Source of the DNA: an uncultured Planctomycetota bacterium
Lineage (GTDB): Bacteria > Planctomycetota > Planctomycetia > Isosphaerales > Isosphaeraceae
Reading direction: 5' to 3'
Assembly (NCBI GenBank): GCA_963823665.1
Contig: CAWGMQ010000010.1
Location: 1,216,001 to 1,280,000, forward strand
DNA length: 64,000 nucleotides
Both the position numbers and the translations under genes were made by a program. Each line of letters begins with the position of its first letter. The stretch's first letter is position 1. Under the pieces are notes generated by a model. It was not told the DNA's origin, did no database searches, and saw nothing but the letters and a program-made list of their open reading frames with translations. This document shows, one piece after another, positions 43,538-53,623 of this stretch.

Positions 43538-44788
43538 ATGCTCATCCACCCTCTAGCAATCTCATCCCTGATCAGCCCGACCGAAGGCGCGATCTTGGTC
43601 GCCGCCTCTCTCGTTCAAGCACCCCAAGCGCCCCGTGCCGGCGCATACCCCGGCCGCCAGCAGCCACGGCAGCCTCGAGAGGCCGTAAAAAACGCGGTGG
43701 TCGACCGCACCGTGCGGCCCTTCTGCCTCGCCATTTCTCCCGACGGCGGAACCCTCGCAGCCGCTTGCACCAATCGCCTGGTGTACTTGCTCGCCCCATT
43801 CTCCGGCCAGCAGCGAATCACGCTCTCCGGCGTGCAGCTTGGTTACATTCGCGGTCTTGCCTTCCTGCCTGGCAGCAAGACCATCGCCGCCATCAGCGAC
43901 GATAAACAGTTGCGGCTCTGGGACACCGATTCCGGGAAGCTGCTGAAAACCCGCCTCGCTCTTCGCGACAAGGAGGAAGCCGGTCTGCCGCCGCTCTTGC
44001 CGACGTCCCTGGCGGTCTCACCCGACGGCGGCCTGATCGCCGTCGCCGGTGCCGGGACCGCCGACCGTTCAGGCATCGTCCGCCTCGACGAAAAATCGTT
44101 TTTCGAAATCCGTGTCTACGACGCAAAGACAGATGATCTCAAGTGGTCGCACATCGCTCGTCGCGGATTCTTGAATCGCCTTGCCTTTTCACCCAACGGC
44201 AAAACCTTGGCCGGCGACACGTCCGCTGACGTCAGGCTCTGGGACGCGAAGACGGGCAAGCTGAACCAGGTCTTGGAGCAAGTCTTCAAACCGCCCTTCG
44301 GGGGCATCTGGGACATCGCGTTCTCTCCCGACAACCGTAGCATGGCGGGCTACGGCACGGCTGTCGTTGACGGCAAAAGAAAAAGCTGGTTGACGCTCTG
44401 GAGCCTGCCCTCCGGCGCAACCCTTCATTCGACTGAAGCCGGCGAAGCCAGTGCTGCCACAGCCCCGGGAACGCTTGCGTTTTCCCCCGACGGCAAGTCG
44501 CTTGCGACCGCTGCGGCCGGGATTGCCAGCGGGCCGATTTCGATCCGCGGCAAGAATGTCGGCATCGGCCAAAAGGTGGTCAACTTCGTCAAGCTCTGGG
44601 ATGTCGCCAAAGGCTCCCTCAAATGGACGTCGCCCGCTGGTGATTTTGGCCAGGTGACGTCCCTGTCATTCTCGCCCGACGGCCTTTCCATCTACTGCTG
44701 CGACTCGTCCGCCATCAGCCGCATCGACGCCCGCACGGGCCAGACCCGAAAAGACCTGATGACCCCCGGCAGCATCGCGACAAACTGA
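43538..44788 (+). CDS. WD40-repeat beta-propeller protein
   Basis: Repeated LAFSPDG...LWD units; AGGAG RBS. Confidence 0.9.
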   Translation: MLIHPLAISSLISPTEGAILVAASLVQAPQAPRAGAYPGRQQPRQPREAVKNAVVDRTVRPFCLAISPDGGTLAAACTNRLVYLLAPFSGQQRITLSGVQLGYIRGLAFLPGSKTIAAISDDKQLRLWDTDSGKLLKTRLALRDKEEAGLPPLLPTSLAVSPDGGLIAVAGAGTADRSGIVRLDEKSFFEIRVYDAKTDDLKWSHIARRGFLNRLAFSPNGKTLAGDTSADVRLWDAKTGKLNQVLEQVFKPPFGGIWDIAFSPDNRSMAGYGTAVVDGKRKSWLTLWSLPSGATLHSTEAGEASAATAPGTLAFSPDGKSLATAAAGIASGPISIRGKNVGIGQKVVNFVKLWDVAKGSLKWTSPAGDFGQVTSLSFSPDGLSIYCCDSSAISRIDARTGQTRKDLMTPGSIATN

Positions 44789-44846
44789 CCCCCGCCCCGG
44801 GAATACGCCGCCCCCCGCGAGCCGCCACGGCCGCAACCCCGCCCCC

Positions 44847-45022
44847 GTTGGGCGCGGGTCTCCGACCCCGCCCCAGTGTCGCCTTTCGCTCTGCGAAAGT
44901 GCGTCGGGGTTGGGCGCGGGTCTCCCGACCCCGCCCTCAGGCACGACCGAAGGTCTCCCACCCAGACCGAGCGTTGGGCGCGGGTCTCTGACCCCGCCCG
45001 CCCCGATGACCGAAGGTCTCCC
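44847..45022. repeat. Composite REP cluster (3x family A, 2x GACCGAAGGTCTCCC, 1x GTCGCCTTTCGCTCYGCGAAAG)
   Basis: Family A at 44847, 44909 and 44973; partner motif at 44945 and 45008; third family at 44878 recurs at 47991 and inverted near 2753-2775. Confidence 0.85.
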
Positions 45023-45162
45023 TACGGCGCCCCGCCCGCCTTGTTCTGCCCCTTCCCATGCCCGACGGCAACCATCCCATGTTATGATCCAGAAGTGCCC
45101 GGCTTCGTCCACTCCCATCGTGACGACGAGCGGACACTCCCGGCCCGGAAAAAGGATATGAA

Positions 45163-45693
45163 ATGCGACGCTCGCTCACCGCATGGCTCACGGCCTCGCT
45201 GGTCGCCCTGGTCGGCTGCACGGGAGCGCCAAGCAAATCCACGTGGCGGTCGGGCGCGGCCGTCCTCGCCGAGCTGGAATCCCTCCCGGTAGGATTGGAA
45301 GTCATCCACTCGCCAAATCCGGTGCGAAACCCGGTCGGTCCTGACACAAGAGGCTGGGCCTATCAATGGCATTTCCGGACGGAAGTCCGCGCCATCGATC
45401 GCCCACTGACCGTCGTTTATTTCGGCATCTGCGCCTGGGATGGTACGGAATGGATCTTGCCCTCCGACAACACGCGGTATAACGCCGGCGTCCTGCGTCA
45501 AAAAGACTTCATCGCGTGGTACACCTGCGCAGGCGCCCGCATCGTACCCGGCAAACCCGCCGTCGATCCCGAAAACTGGGCCGGCAGTCGCACCCGCACT
45601 TCGTTCCGCCAAAGATGGTTCTTCGTCGCCGAGGATGACCGGAAAAACCGCTACAAGGGCGAGGCGGTTGTTGAGTTGCTCGACGCCGACTAA
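45163..45693 (+). CDS. Hypothetical lipoprotein
   Basis: AAGGA RBS, lipobox LVGC, 176 aa. Confidence 0.75.
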   Translation: MRRSLTAWLTASLVALVGCTGAPSKSTWRSGAAVLAELESLPVGLEVIHSPNPVRNPVGPDTRGWAYQWHFRTEVRAIDRPLTVVYFGICAWDGTEWILPSDNTRYNAGVLRQKDFIAWYTCAGARIVPGKPAVDPENWAGSRTRTSFRQRWFFVAEDDRKNRYKGEAVVELLDAD

Positions 45694-45799
45694 TGCCGAT
45701 CTGAACAACGGTTCCGACTCCGTCTATCACAACTCGTCGGTTCCGCCGCCGATAATTAACTTCCCGATCTTGGCACCAACCCCAACACCAAGGAACACC

Positions 45800-45826
45800 C
45801 TCGTTCCGACGCTCCGCGTCGGAACG
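45800..45826. repeat. REP-like hairpin CTCGTTCCGACGCTCCGCGTCGGAACG
   Basis: CGTTCCGACGC/GCGTCGGAACG 11-bp stem, intergenic. Confidence 0.6.
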
Positions 45827-46652
45827 GTGTTTGTGCCGCTCTGCGGTGCGCTCGACGTGAATCGGAGGAAGTTATTTCCGGCCCGTTCCAAAGCCCGCGC
45901 CCCTTCGCCCACAGCCCCAGGATCTCACGGTCTTTGGCCTTCGCATTAGTGTGCGAATACTCTTTCCCGACCCGATGTGAATGAACCAGACCTGTAGTCG
46001 CCGGCCCACCGCCCCCCGTCCCTTGAACCACACCGACGTCATGAATGCCGGCACGGGAAAAGCCGCGAGCAGATGTCGCGCCAGCGACGCGAACTGCGGT
46101 CGCGGATTACTCACAACCGGCTCCCACGCCTCGACCGGCCGGATCCATTCTTCGTGATAGCTTGCGAGCGACAGCAGCCCATCAACGACTTCGCCGTAGC
46201 GTTCAGGCTCGATTCGTCCACCGGTTCGTGCGGGCGCAAGATCTCAAACTGCCGCACGTACCGCAGCAATCGCTCGAACGCGGCGCGCGTCGCAAAATGA
46301 TGACCCGCAACTGTGTAAATCGCAGCGCAAACCGCGCGGTCGATCGCGGCGCACGCGAAATTACTGCGCGCGGAGAAAGCCAACATGGGATCAGCCTCGT
46401 GGAACGTGCGGAAGCAGCCGACCGGGCAACGCAGCGCGCGTCCCGCTTACGGCGTCGAGAGCCGTTCCAGACCGATCCTCGCTCTTCAGGTAAACAGCGC
46501 GGCGCTGAGATTCAAAGCGTCCGTATGCGTTGTGTCGCCAGCCTCGATCATCGGTATGCCTCGAGAACACCTTGCAAGACTCTCGGAGGGCGTGCGCCCG
46601 GATGAGCCGCCAAGAACGGGGAATGCGACCCGCCCCGGTCATGGACCCCGAG

Positions 46653-47126
46653 TTAGAGAGCCTCTCCCTCCAAAAGGTTCGCCGACAATGAACCCACAGC
46701 ACTCAGCCCTGCCGTCCTCTTCGTTGCGGCTTCTTCGGGGCTTTGCGCTCGGTTCTTGCCGCGGATCGGCTCTTCTAGACAGGCGGCTTGCTCCGGCGCC
46801 AGGGGCGGGCTGAGCGGTTTCGTATAATCAATGCGGCGCGCATTGCGCGACCGCTCATACACCGCCTCGATCAATGGTCCAAGCAGGAGCGGTACGTCTG
46901 GATCCGGGCTGGCCAAAGGCACCGGGATTTCAGGTAGGACCTGGTGGCAGTGAGCAGGCCAGACGCGGCAATACGGAGCGCGGCTCTGCCGCCCCACAAG
47001 CAGGTAGCGCTCCGGCAGCCTGACTGCAAGCGTGCGCTCCATCTCGCCGATCAGCTTCGTGTGAAAATCGGGCCATAACCCGCACGCCTCGATAAACGGA
47101 TCCATGCCTGGAAATGGCGATTTCAT
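46653..47126 (-). pseudogene. DUF4058 family gene with internal in-frame deletion
   Basis: MKSPFPGMDPFIE...WPDFH and IPVPL...IDY present; the IEI...EVLSP.NK core seen in the 52434-53223 copy is missing. Confidence 0.75.
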
Positions 47127-47465
47127 CAGCCGCTCCGTTCCTTGCTTGACTTCTCACGATCCATGAGATGACCCAGGTAAACGAAATTCTCCTCGCTGAC
47201 GCGGTATCCGTCAAACTCCGGCGTCATCGGCCCATCCAACGATCGTTCCCGCGAGTTGCCCTGTGTCGCCCGGTTTACCGAAAACGTGAGATGAAGAATC
47301 TCACTCCACGGAAGAGCTTCGCCCGCAATGAATCGACTCGGACAGGCCGTGGTTTCCGCCATCCCAGAGGATTGTCATTGCGATCGCCGCAGGGGCGCGT
47401 GATAATCATGGTCACATCCGGATCGGCTCGGACGCAACGCCTCTGTCTCTCTCCGGAGGCCCTCC

Positions 47466-47978
47466 ATGGACGCCGACAGCCTTCTCAACCAATACACCAT
47501 CCCCGACCCCTGCCCGATGAACTGGGCCGACATGGATGGTGACGCCCGCTCTCGCTACTGCACCGCCTGCGGCAAGCACGTGCACGACTTCACCGCGGTT
47601 ACTGCGGAAGTTGCTGCTGGCACGATTCGCGACCAAAGTGCCGAGGTCTGCGGCAGGCTTTATGCCAGGCCCGACGGCACGTTGACCAGCTCGGCGGGCG
47701 AAATCCTGGCACCGTCACGCTCCAGGCCATTGCAGTTCACCATACGCTCGATCATGGCGGTCATCGCCGGTGTCGCCGCGATGTTAGGCTTCGCGCGACT
47801 TTTCGCAGACAACGCAACACGGCCCGCTCCAATAGCGCAGCCCCCAGCGCCGCTCAACACACTCATCATGGGCAAGATGGTTCCCAGCTCCCTGATCGAA
47901 CGAAAGCCGACTCTTCAGCCTTCGAAGACCAGCCCGGGCACGCCGAATAGCTGCGCAGAATCCGACGGCGCCTCCTAG
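47466..47978 (+). CDS. Hypothetical protein with Cys-rich N-terminal domain and one TM
   Basis: PCPMNW..M......YCTACGKHVHDF...VCGR; QFTIRSIM plus hydrophobic helix; GGAGG RBS. Confidence 0.75.
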   Translation: MDADSLLNQYTIPDPCPMNWADMDGDARSRYCTACGKHVHDFTAVTAEVAAGTIRDQSAEVCGRLYARPDGTLTSSAGEILAPSRSRPLQFTIRSIMAVIAGVAAMLGFARLFADNATRPAPIAQPPAPLNTLIMGKMVPSSLIERKPTLQPSKTSPGTPNSCAESDGAS

Positions 47979-48094
47979 CCGCGGCCCAGTGTCGCCTTTC
48001 GCTCCGCGAAAGTAGCGTCTTTGCCCAATAGATCCTCGAATTCCTCAGTCATCTTCAACCGCCCATCACACCACACCACCAGGAGCCCCAAATC

Positions 48095-49625
48095 ATGAAC
48101 CCGCAAACAAATCGCCGGACGTTTCTAGGTGCCTCGGTCGCTGGCGGTGCAGTGGTCGGCTTGGGCGACCTGGGTTTCCTCTCCCGCCTGGGCCCCGTCT
48201 CCGCCGCCGAGGCCTTCTTCGACCCCAAGATCGTGCGACTCGAGCCCGAGATCGAGCCCCTCGTCCGCCTGCTCGAAGAAACGTCGCGCGACGCCTTGCT
48301 CGAGGAAGTAGCCGCGCGAATCAAGAAGGGCCTGTCCTACCGCGACGTCGTCGCCGCGCTGCTCCTGGCCGGTGTCAGAAACGTGGAGCCCCGGCCCAGC
48401 GTCGGGCACAAGTTCCACGCCGTATTGGTCGTGAACTCGGCCCATATCGCCAGCCTCGCGTCGCCGGATAGCGACCGCTGGCTGCCCATCTTCTGGGCAC
48501 TCGACCATTTCAAGACGTCGCAGGCTCGCGACGTGCAGGAAGGCAACTGGACAATGGCCCCGGTGGACGAATCCGCCGTGCCGCCGGCGCGCAAGGTCAG
48601 GACCGCCCTCGCCGCCGCGATGGACCACTGGGACGAAGCCCCCGCCGATGCCGCGATCGCCGGATTGGTGCGTTCCTCGGCGCCAATGAGGTCTACGAAA
48701 TCCTCTTCCGCTACGGCGCACGCGACTTCCGCTCGATCGGTCACAAGGCGATCTACGTCGCCAACAGCTTACGCACCCTTCAGTGCATAGGCTGGCAGCA
48801 CGCTGAGCCGGTCTTGCGCTCGCTGGTCTACGCCCTCTTGAACCACAGCGGCGAAGACAACCCAGCCGAGCACGACTACGCGGCCGACCGCTCCTGGCGA
48901 CACAATCTCGATCGCGCGGCCAAGATCAAGGAAGACTGGACCGGCGGCACGCCGTCCCCCGGCGCCGCGGCCGACCTGCTCGCCACCCTGCGCCGCGGGT
49001 CCGACGACGAGGCCTGCGACCACGTCGTCACCCTGCTCAACCAGGGAGCCGCCCCGCAGTCGATCTGGGACGCCCTCTTCAACGCCGCGGGCGAGTTGCT
49101 CCTGCGCTCGCCCGGGTTGGTCTCCTTGCACGCGGTGACCACGACCAACGCTCTCCACTATGCGTACCAGTCCAGCGGCGACGACCGCACCCGGCGTCTG
49201 CTCACACTCCAGAACGCCGCCTTCCTGCCTCTGTTCCGATCGGCAATGGGAGGGAGCAAGCTCCGCGAGGCGCGAATTGACCAGCTCGAGCCGCTCGCGG
49301 CGACCAACGGCTCCGGCCCCGGTGCCATCGAGGAAATCTTCGCCGCCTCGAGCCGCGACCGCCTGACATCCGCGCGCAAAGCGCTTGCCTACCTCCAGGC
49401 TGGTCAGGACCCGACTCCCTTGATCGACGCCGCGCGCGGCTGGTGTTCTTGAAAGGCAACGACCCGCACGACTACAAATTCAGCTCGGCGATCCTCGAAG
49501 ACTATTTCAACACTTCGCCTCAATGGCGCGACCGCTTCCTGGCAACAAGCCTGCTCCTCTTGCCCACCGCGTCGGAGAAAGACAACAACCTGGTGAAGCG
49601 CACCCGCTCCGCCCTCTCGGTATGA
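48095..49625 (+). CDS. Tat-exported conserved hypothetical protein; frameshifts near 48678 and 49440
   Basis: NRRTFLG leader, AGGAG RBS, HKFHAV, LHAVTTTNALH, HDYKFS. Confidence 0.8.
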
Positions 49626-49665
49626 TCCCCAGCGAGAACGATCGCACCCGCGTTGTCCGAATCCC

Positions 49666-49997
49666 GTAGGGTCCGCCAATGCGGACCATCGCAGGCCCAT
49701 CGCGCGTTGGCCGCGGCTCCCCGACCCTGGGCTGTTGAAACCTTGTGATCTAACGAACGACAATTTCCCCACGCGTGTGTTGCGCAAAGCTTCCCCCCCT
49801 TGCGAAGGGGCGGCCAGGGGGGGATGCGTGGCGGCGGCCGCTATCACAAGACCGTCGCGCAACAGAAAACTCCGGATCGTCGTCCACCTCGAAATTCGCC
49901 ATTACGGCCCGGTTTTCATCAGCCCATCCCGTCGGGTCCGCCGTTGCGGACCATCCCTGAGCAAACGCGCGTTGGGCGCGGGTCTCCGACCCCGCCC
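49666..49997. repeat. Intergenic REP-rich tract
   Basis: GTAG-GGTCCGC-N4-GCGGACC at 49666 and variant at 49931; CCCCCCTT hairpin at 49790; family A at 49971. Confidence 0.75.
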
Positions 49998-50207
49998 GTC
50001 CCCAAGACCGTAGTTCTCTGACGCCCAAACCGCGCGCCCGCATCCCCCCTCGAGCCCCATCGCCCTCCAGAATTCCCAACGACCCGCTTGCGGAAGCGTA
50101 TCCCGCTCAACTACAGCTATCAGACAGCTCCGTCGGCGCATCACCTCTGACGGCCCTCGGTCCGGGAAGTCCCCAAGGCAGTCGCATCGTCTCCTGAGAA
50201 TTCCGCC

Positions 50208-50903
50208 ATGTCAAAGTACGCCGACCTGGGAGATGATGACTGGCCACCGATCGTTCCGCACGATCGCGGCCGAAGCCTGGGCAGGCGCCTTCTGGTGAGC
50301 GCGGTCGTTGGCATGGCCATGGCCGGGACCGCTTACTTATGTGCCTGGTGCACGATTGGCGCGGCATTCGGGCAAGGCGGGCATCTTGCCGCGCAGATTT
50401 TCCTGCGTACCATCAGAACGGGTGTGGAAGCGTATAAAAAGGAGCACGGACGTTATCCCGAGAAACTCGCCGATCTCAAGACCGACCTGCTCGACCAACT
50501 TCGCCCCCCTGACTCCGGCGACATCCTCGATCCGTGGAATAATCCCTACCAGTACACCGTCGACGGGAACAGCTACACGCTTCGCTCGTTCGGCCGCGAC
50601 GGCAAGCGCGGCGGGGAGGGCCTGGACCAGGACACCGACGTTCGCGACCTTCCCCGGAACAACCAGGGCTACGTGCCGCTCCCAGCTCCCACTCTGTGGC
50701 AGTTCACGTTCGACTGCAAAACCGGCGGCGTCATGGTCGCTTGTGCCCTCGGCGGCGTTTGTGCCTTCATCGCCGGCTTCGTCGCCTGGAAGCCGCTGCG
50801 CGCCAGCCCCGTGCGGTCAGCCATTTTGCTCAGTATGACTCTGGCAGCATGCCTGGTCACCGCCGTATTCATGAGCTTACTTCACATTCCCAGCGGCCAC
50901 TGA
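50208..50903 (+). CDS. Type II secretion GspG-like (T2SSG) domain membrane protein
   Basis: Y...GRYP..L..L, DPWNNPYQY, LRSFGRDGKRGGEGLDQD; TMs on both sides. Confidence 0.8.
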   Translation: MSKYADLGDDDWPPIVPHDRGRSLGRRLLVSAVVGMAMAGTAYLCAWCTIGAAFGQGGHLAAQIFLRTIRTGVEAYKKEHGRYPEKLADLKTDLLDQLRPPDSGDILDPWNNPYQYTVDGNSYTLRSFGRDGKRGGEGLDQDTDVRDLPRNNQGYVPLPAPTLWQFTFDCKTGGVMVACALGGVCAFIAGFVAWKPLRASPVRSAILLSMTLAACLVTAVFMSLLHIPSGH

Positions 50904-50907
50904 CATC

Positions 50908-51293
50908 GTGCGTTTTTTGTACCTCCGCGACCCCCTGTTTCTCACCTGCCTCCTCCTCTATTTCGTGAATAGGTGGATCCTCAAGGCAATCTGGTCCGGT
51001 GGATTCGTGCACGACCACTTGAACGACCTCATCTGCATCCCCTTCTGGGTTCCGATCATGTTGTGGGGAATGCACGGCTCGGCCTGCGCGAGTCGAACGG
51101 CCCGCCTCTCGCCAGTGAGATTGTGCTCCCGCTGTTCGTGTGGTCCTGGGTTTTTGAATACATTCTTCCGCGCAGCGATCTCCTCGGAGATCGTGCAAGC
51201 TCGGATTACCGCGACATCCTTTACTACTCACTCGGAGCAGCCCTGTCCGCCATCTTCTGGTCTTGGTGGTACCGCGCACAGCCTACCACTTGA
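50908..51293 (+). CDS. Small hypothetical membrane protein; frameshift near 51072
   Basis: DPLFL...VNRWILK...HLNDLICIP continues as FEYILP...DYRDILYYSLG in another frame. Confidence 0.7.
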
Positions 51294-52296
51294 CGCGCAC
51301 CAGCTTCATGATGCGCCCCGAAACATTCCAATCCTGAACATACAAATTCCCATCTCGGTCCCACGAAGACCCGTGCGTGCCACTGAAGATGCCGTCAATC
51401 CACTGCTCTTGCGGCACGTTGAAATTCCCCCGTTTTGCGGGGTCGGCGTTGAATCCGAGCACCGACATGATCGTGTTGCTCTTATCAAGAATGACCAGCC
51501 TACCGTGCAGATCCGGCACCGAGACATAATCCCCTTGGACTGAGGCCGATGTCGGCATCCCGAGTCCGGTCACGACCTCGTCGATGAAGTTTCCGTCGAG
51601 GTCATAATGCAGCAACCGCCCCTTGGGCTGATGATTGCGGTCACAGATCAAGAGTCGCGGCGGATCGTACCGCGTGTCCAGCGTCATCCCGTGCGCGGTG
51701 TTGAATTCCTTGAGTCCATTACCCTTCTTCCCGAAGTGCATCAGATACTTCCCGGTCTTGTCGAACTTGAAGATGTGGTCGCTCGCATAACCGTCGGCCA
51801 GGAAGATATCGCCATTAGGCGCCACGGTCATCGCCGTGGGATTGAATTTGGTCAGCTTGAGTCCCGAGGCTTCGGGAAATGGAAGCTTGAGCACAATCTC
51901 GCCGGTCTGGCAGTTGAACTTGATGCCCTCGGCGTTGTTGTTTCGGGCTCCGTAAATGAACTCGCCGTCCGCCTCCTCGCGGATCTTCATGTCATGAATA
52001 TCGGAGTATTTGTCGCCAAGGAAGCTGCGAATGACTTTTCCTTCCGGTGAGAAGGCAAACACTCCGGCATGAGCGCTCGTATAAATCGTCCCCGATTTAT
52101 CAACAACAACGCCCCCATGCGTTTGCCCGAGAACCGACTTTCCATCCGGCCCCAGCCCCCAGCCCGGCACGGTGTCAAACGTCATGATGCCGCAGCCCAT
52201 GCGTACCGGCTGAGAATCTTCGGCGGCGAACACCGGCACCGCAAGGCCCAAGACGAGAGCGACAGCGATATAAACCGAGCGTTTCTTCACGTTCAA
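51283..52296 (-). CDS. NHL-repeat beta-propeller protein (PAL-like), secreted
   Basis: Signal peptide; ADGYASD, FNTAHG, ICDRN, THG...LYVQDWN. Confidence 0.85.
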   Translation of the reverse strand: MNVKKRSVYIAVALVLGLAVPVFAAEDSQPVRMGCGIMTFDTVPGWGLGPDGKSVLGQTHGGVVVDKSGTIYTSAHAGVFAFSPEGKVIRSFLGDKYSDIHDMKIREEADGEFIYGARNNNAEGIKFNCQTGEIVLKLPFPEASGLKLTKFNPTAMTVAPNGDIFLADGYASDHIFKFDKTGKYLMHFGKKGNGLKEFNTAHGMTLDTRYDPPRLLICDRNHQPKGRLLHYDLDGNFIDEVVTGLGMPTSASVQGDYVSVPDLHGRLVILDKSNTIMSVLGFNADPAKRGNFNVPQEQWIDGIFSGTHGSSWDRDGNLYVQDWNVSGRIMKLVRVKW

Positions 52297-52433
52297 TACT
52301 CCTGGTTGTTGTTGCTGTCGTCATCGAGCGCGAGCGGATTGGATCCGCATCAAAACGACGAGCCCCGATCCCGTGGAATGCCTCGCAAGCGTGTGTATTA
52401 TCGGGCTCCCGGATTTCGAATTCAACCAGCGAA

Positions 52434-53223
52434 TCACCGCAACTGCTTCTTGAGCCAAAGTGATTCAGCCTCGGCAAGGGGCGGCCTGAGCGCTTTGCGA
52501 TAGTCGATGCTTCTGGGGTAGCGGAAACGCTGATAAATCTGGTCGATCATCGGTTGAATGTTCAGCGAAATATCGTCATCGGGGCTGACTAGCGGCACGG
52601 GAAAGGTCGGCAAGGGCCGAAGAGAGTGGGCCCGCCAGACGCGGCAAAGTTGCGACTTCGCACGCGCCACCAACAGCGTGTACGGACTGTCGGGCCAAGG
52701 ATCGAGCATGGGCATGCGCTGGCCGCCGCGCAGCAAGTCGAGTTCCACGAGGCTCACTTTTCCCAGAAGTAGACTTTGCCGCTTGCGCTGGTAGAGGTCC
52801 CAGCCCTCCGACCCAGGATGCTTGTTGGAAGGAGACAGAACCTCGAGGCTTGTCACGAGGCGCTGCTCGGGATTCGCCTCGTAAATCTCGATGAATGCCT
52901 CGCGATGCTCCTCCTGGATGAAGGGACGCATCGTAATGGGCTCGACCTCACCGTTCGGCTCAGCCAAGGCAACGCCCCCTTTTTTCGTAGTTCTCTTGCG
53001 CCGCGAGCGCGCTGACGCTCACATCGCGGAAAAAGGAGTAGTCTTTCTTACCTTCCGATTCAACGAGGACGACATAGGAGCGTTCTCCCGTCCGCACGAG
53101 GTAACGGTCCGGAGCAAGATCGGCGAGTTTCTCACAGATCTTGTCAATCAGGTGGCTATGGAAATCTCCCCACAACCCGCACCCTTCGATGTAGGGGTCC
53201 ATGCCCGGAAACGGTGATTTCAT
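52434..53223 (-). CDS. DUF4058 family protein; frameshift near 52990
   Basis: MKSPFPGMDPYIE, FIEIY...LEVLSPSNK, VELDLLRGG, SIDY. Confidence 0.88.
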
Positions 53224-53623
53224 GGTCTTCTCAGCCAATTTCAAATTCTCCGACCCTAGGGCCCGCCCAGCCTCCAGTGCGGATGAAACCACGACCTGGC
53301 GCCGCCAGGTTGCCCCAAGCGTTCCTTCCACCAGGCAAATTGTGGACTGCTCCTCTCAGAACAGTGTGTACACAAAAGAGGCTGTCGCGTCTCGGCGAGG
53401 CAGACCGCAGCAACACGCAGAATCGTCAAATCCCTCCCAGAGCAATCAACACGCCGGTCGCGCCTTCGCCTGCATGCGGGTTTTGACGCCCCAGATTTTG
53501 ATCGTGTAGACTCTTCTCGGAATGGATGAGCGCAGACTCCATTCCCCAACTCTCAGCGTGACGCGATCCCGGCAGCCGTTCCAGTAGTTCCCGTCTCGCC
53601 ATATCTCTTCAGGGATTTTCAGC

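Noticed and set aside
44847..45022. Repeat cluster as a CRISPR array
   Set aside because: Irregular spacing, spacers are themselves repeats, copies are dispersed in both orientations, and there are no cas genes.
46111..46560. Possible decayed gene (RLLRYVRQFEILRPHEP...)
   Set aside because: Interrupted by stops and no recognisable family.
47126..47362. 78-aa ORF overlapping the DUF4058 start (TGATG)
   Set aside because: Plausible, but no motif or clear RBS support.
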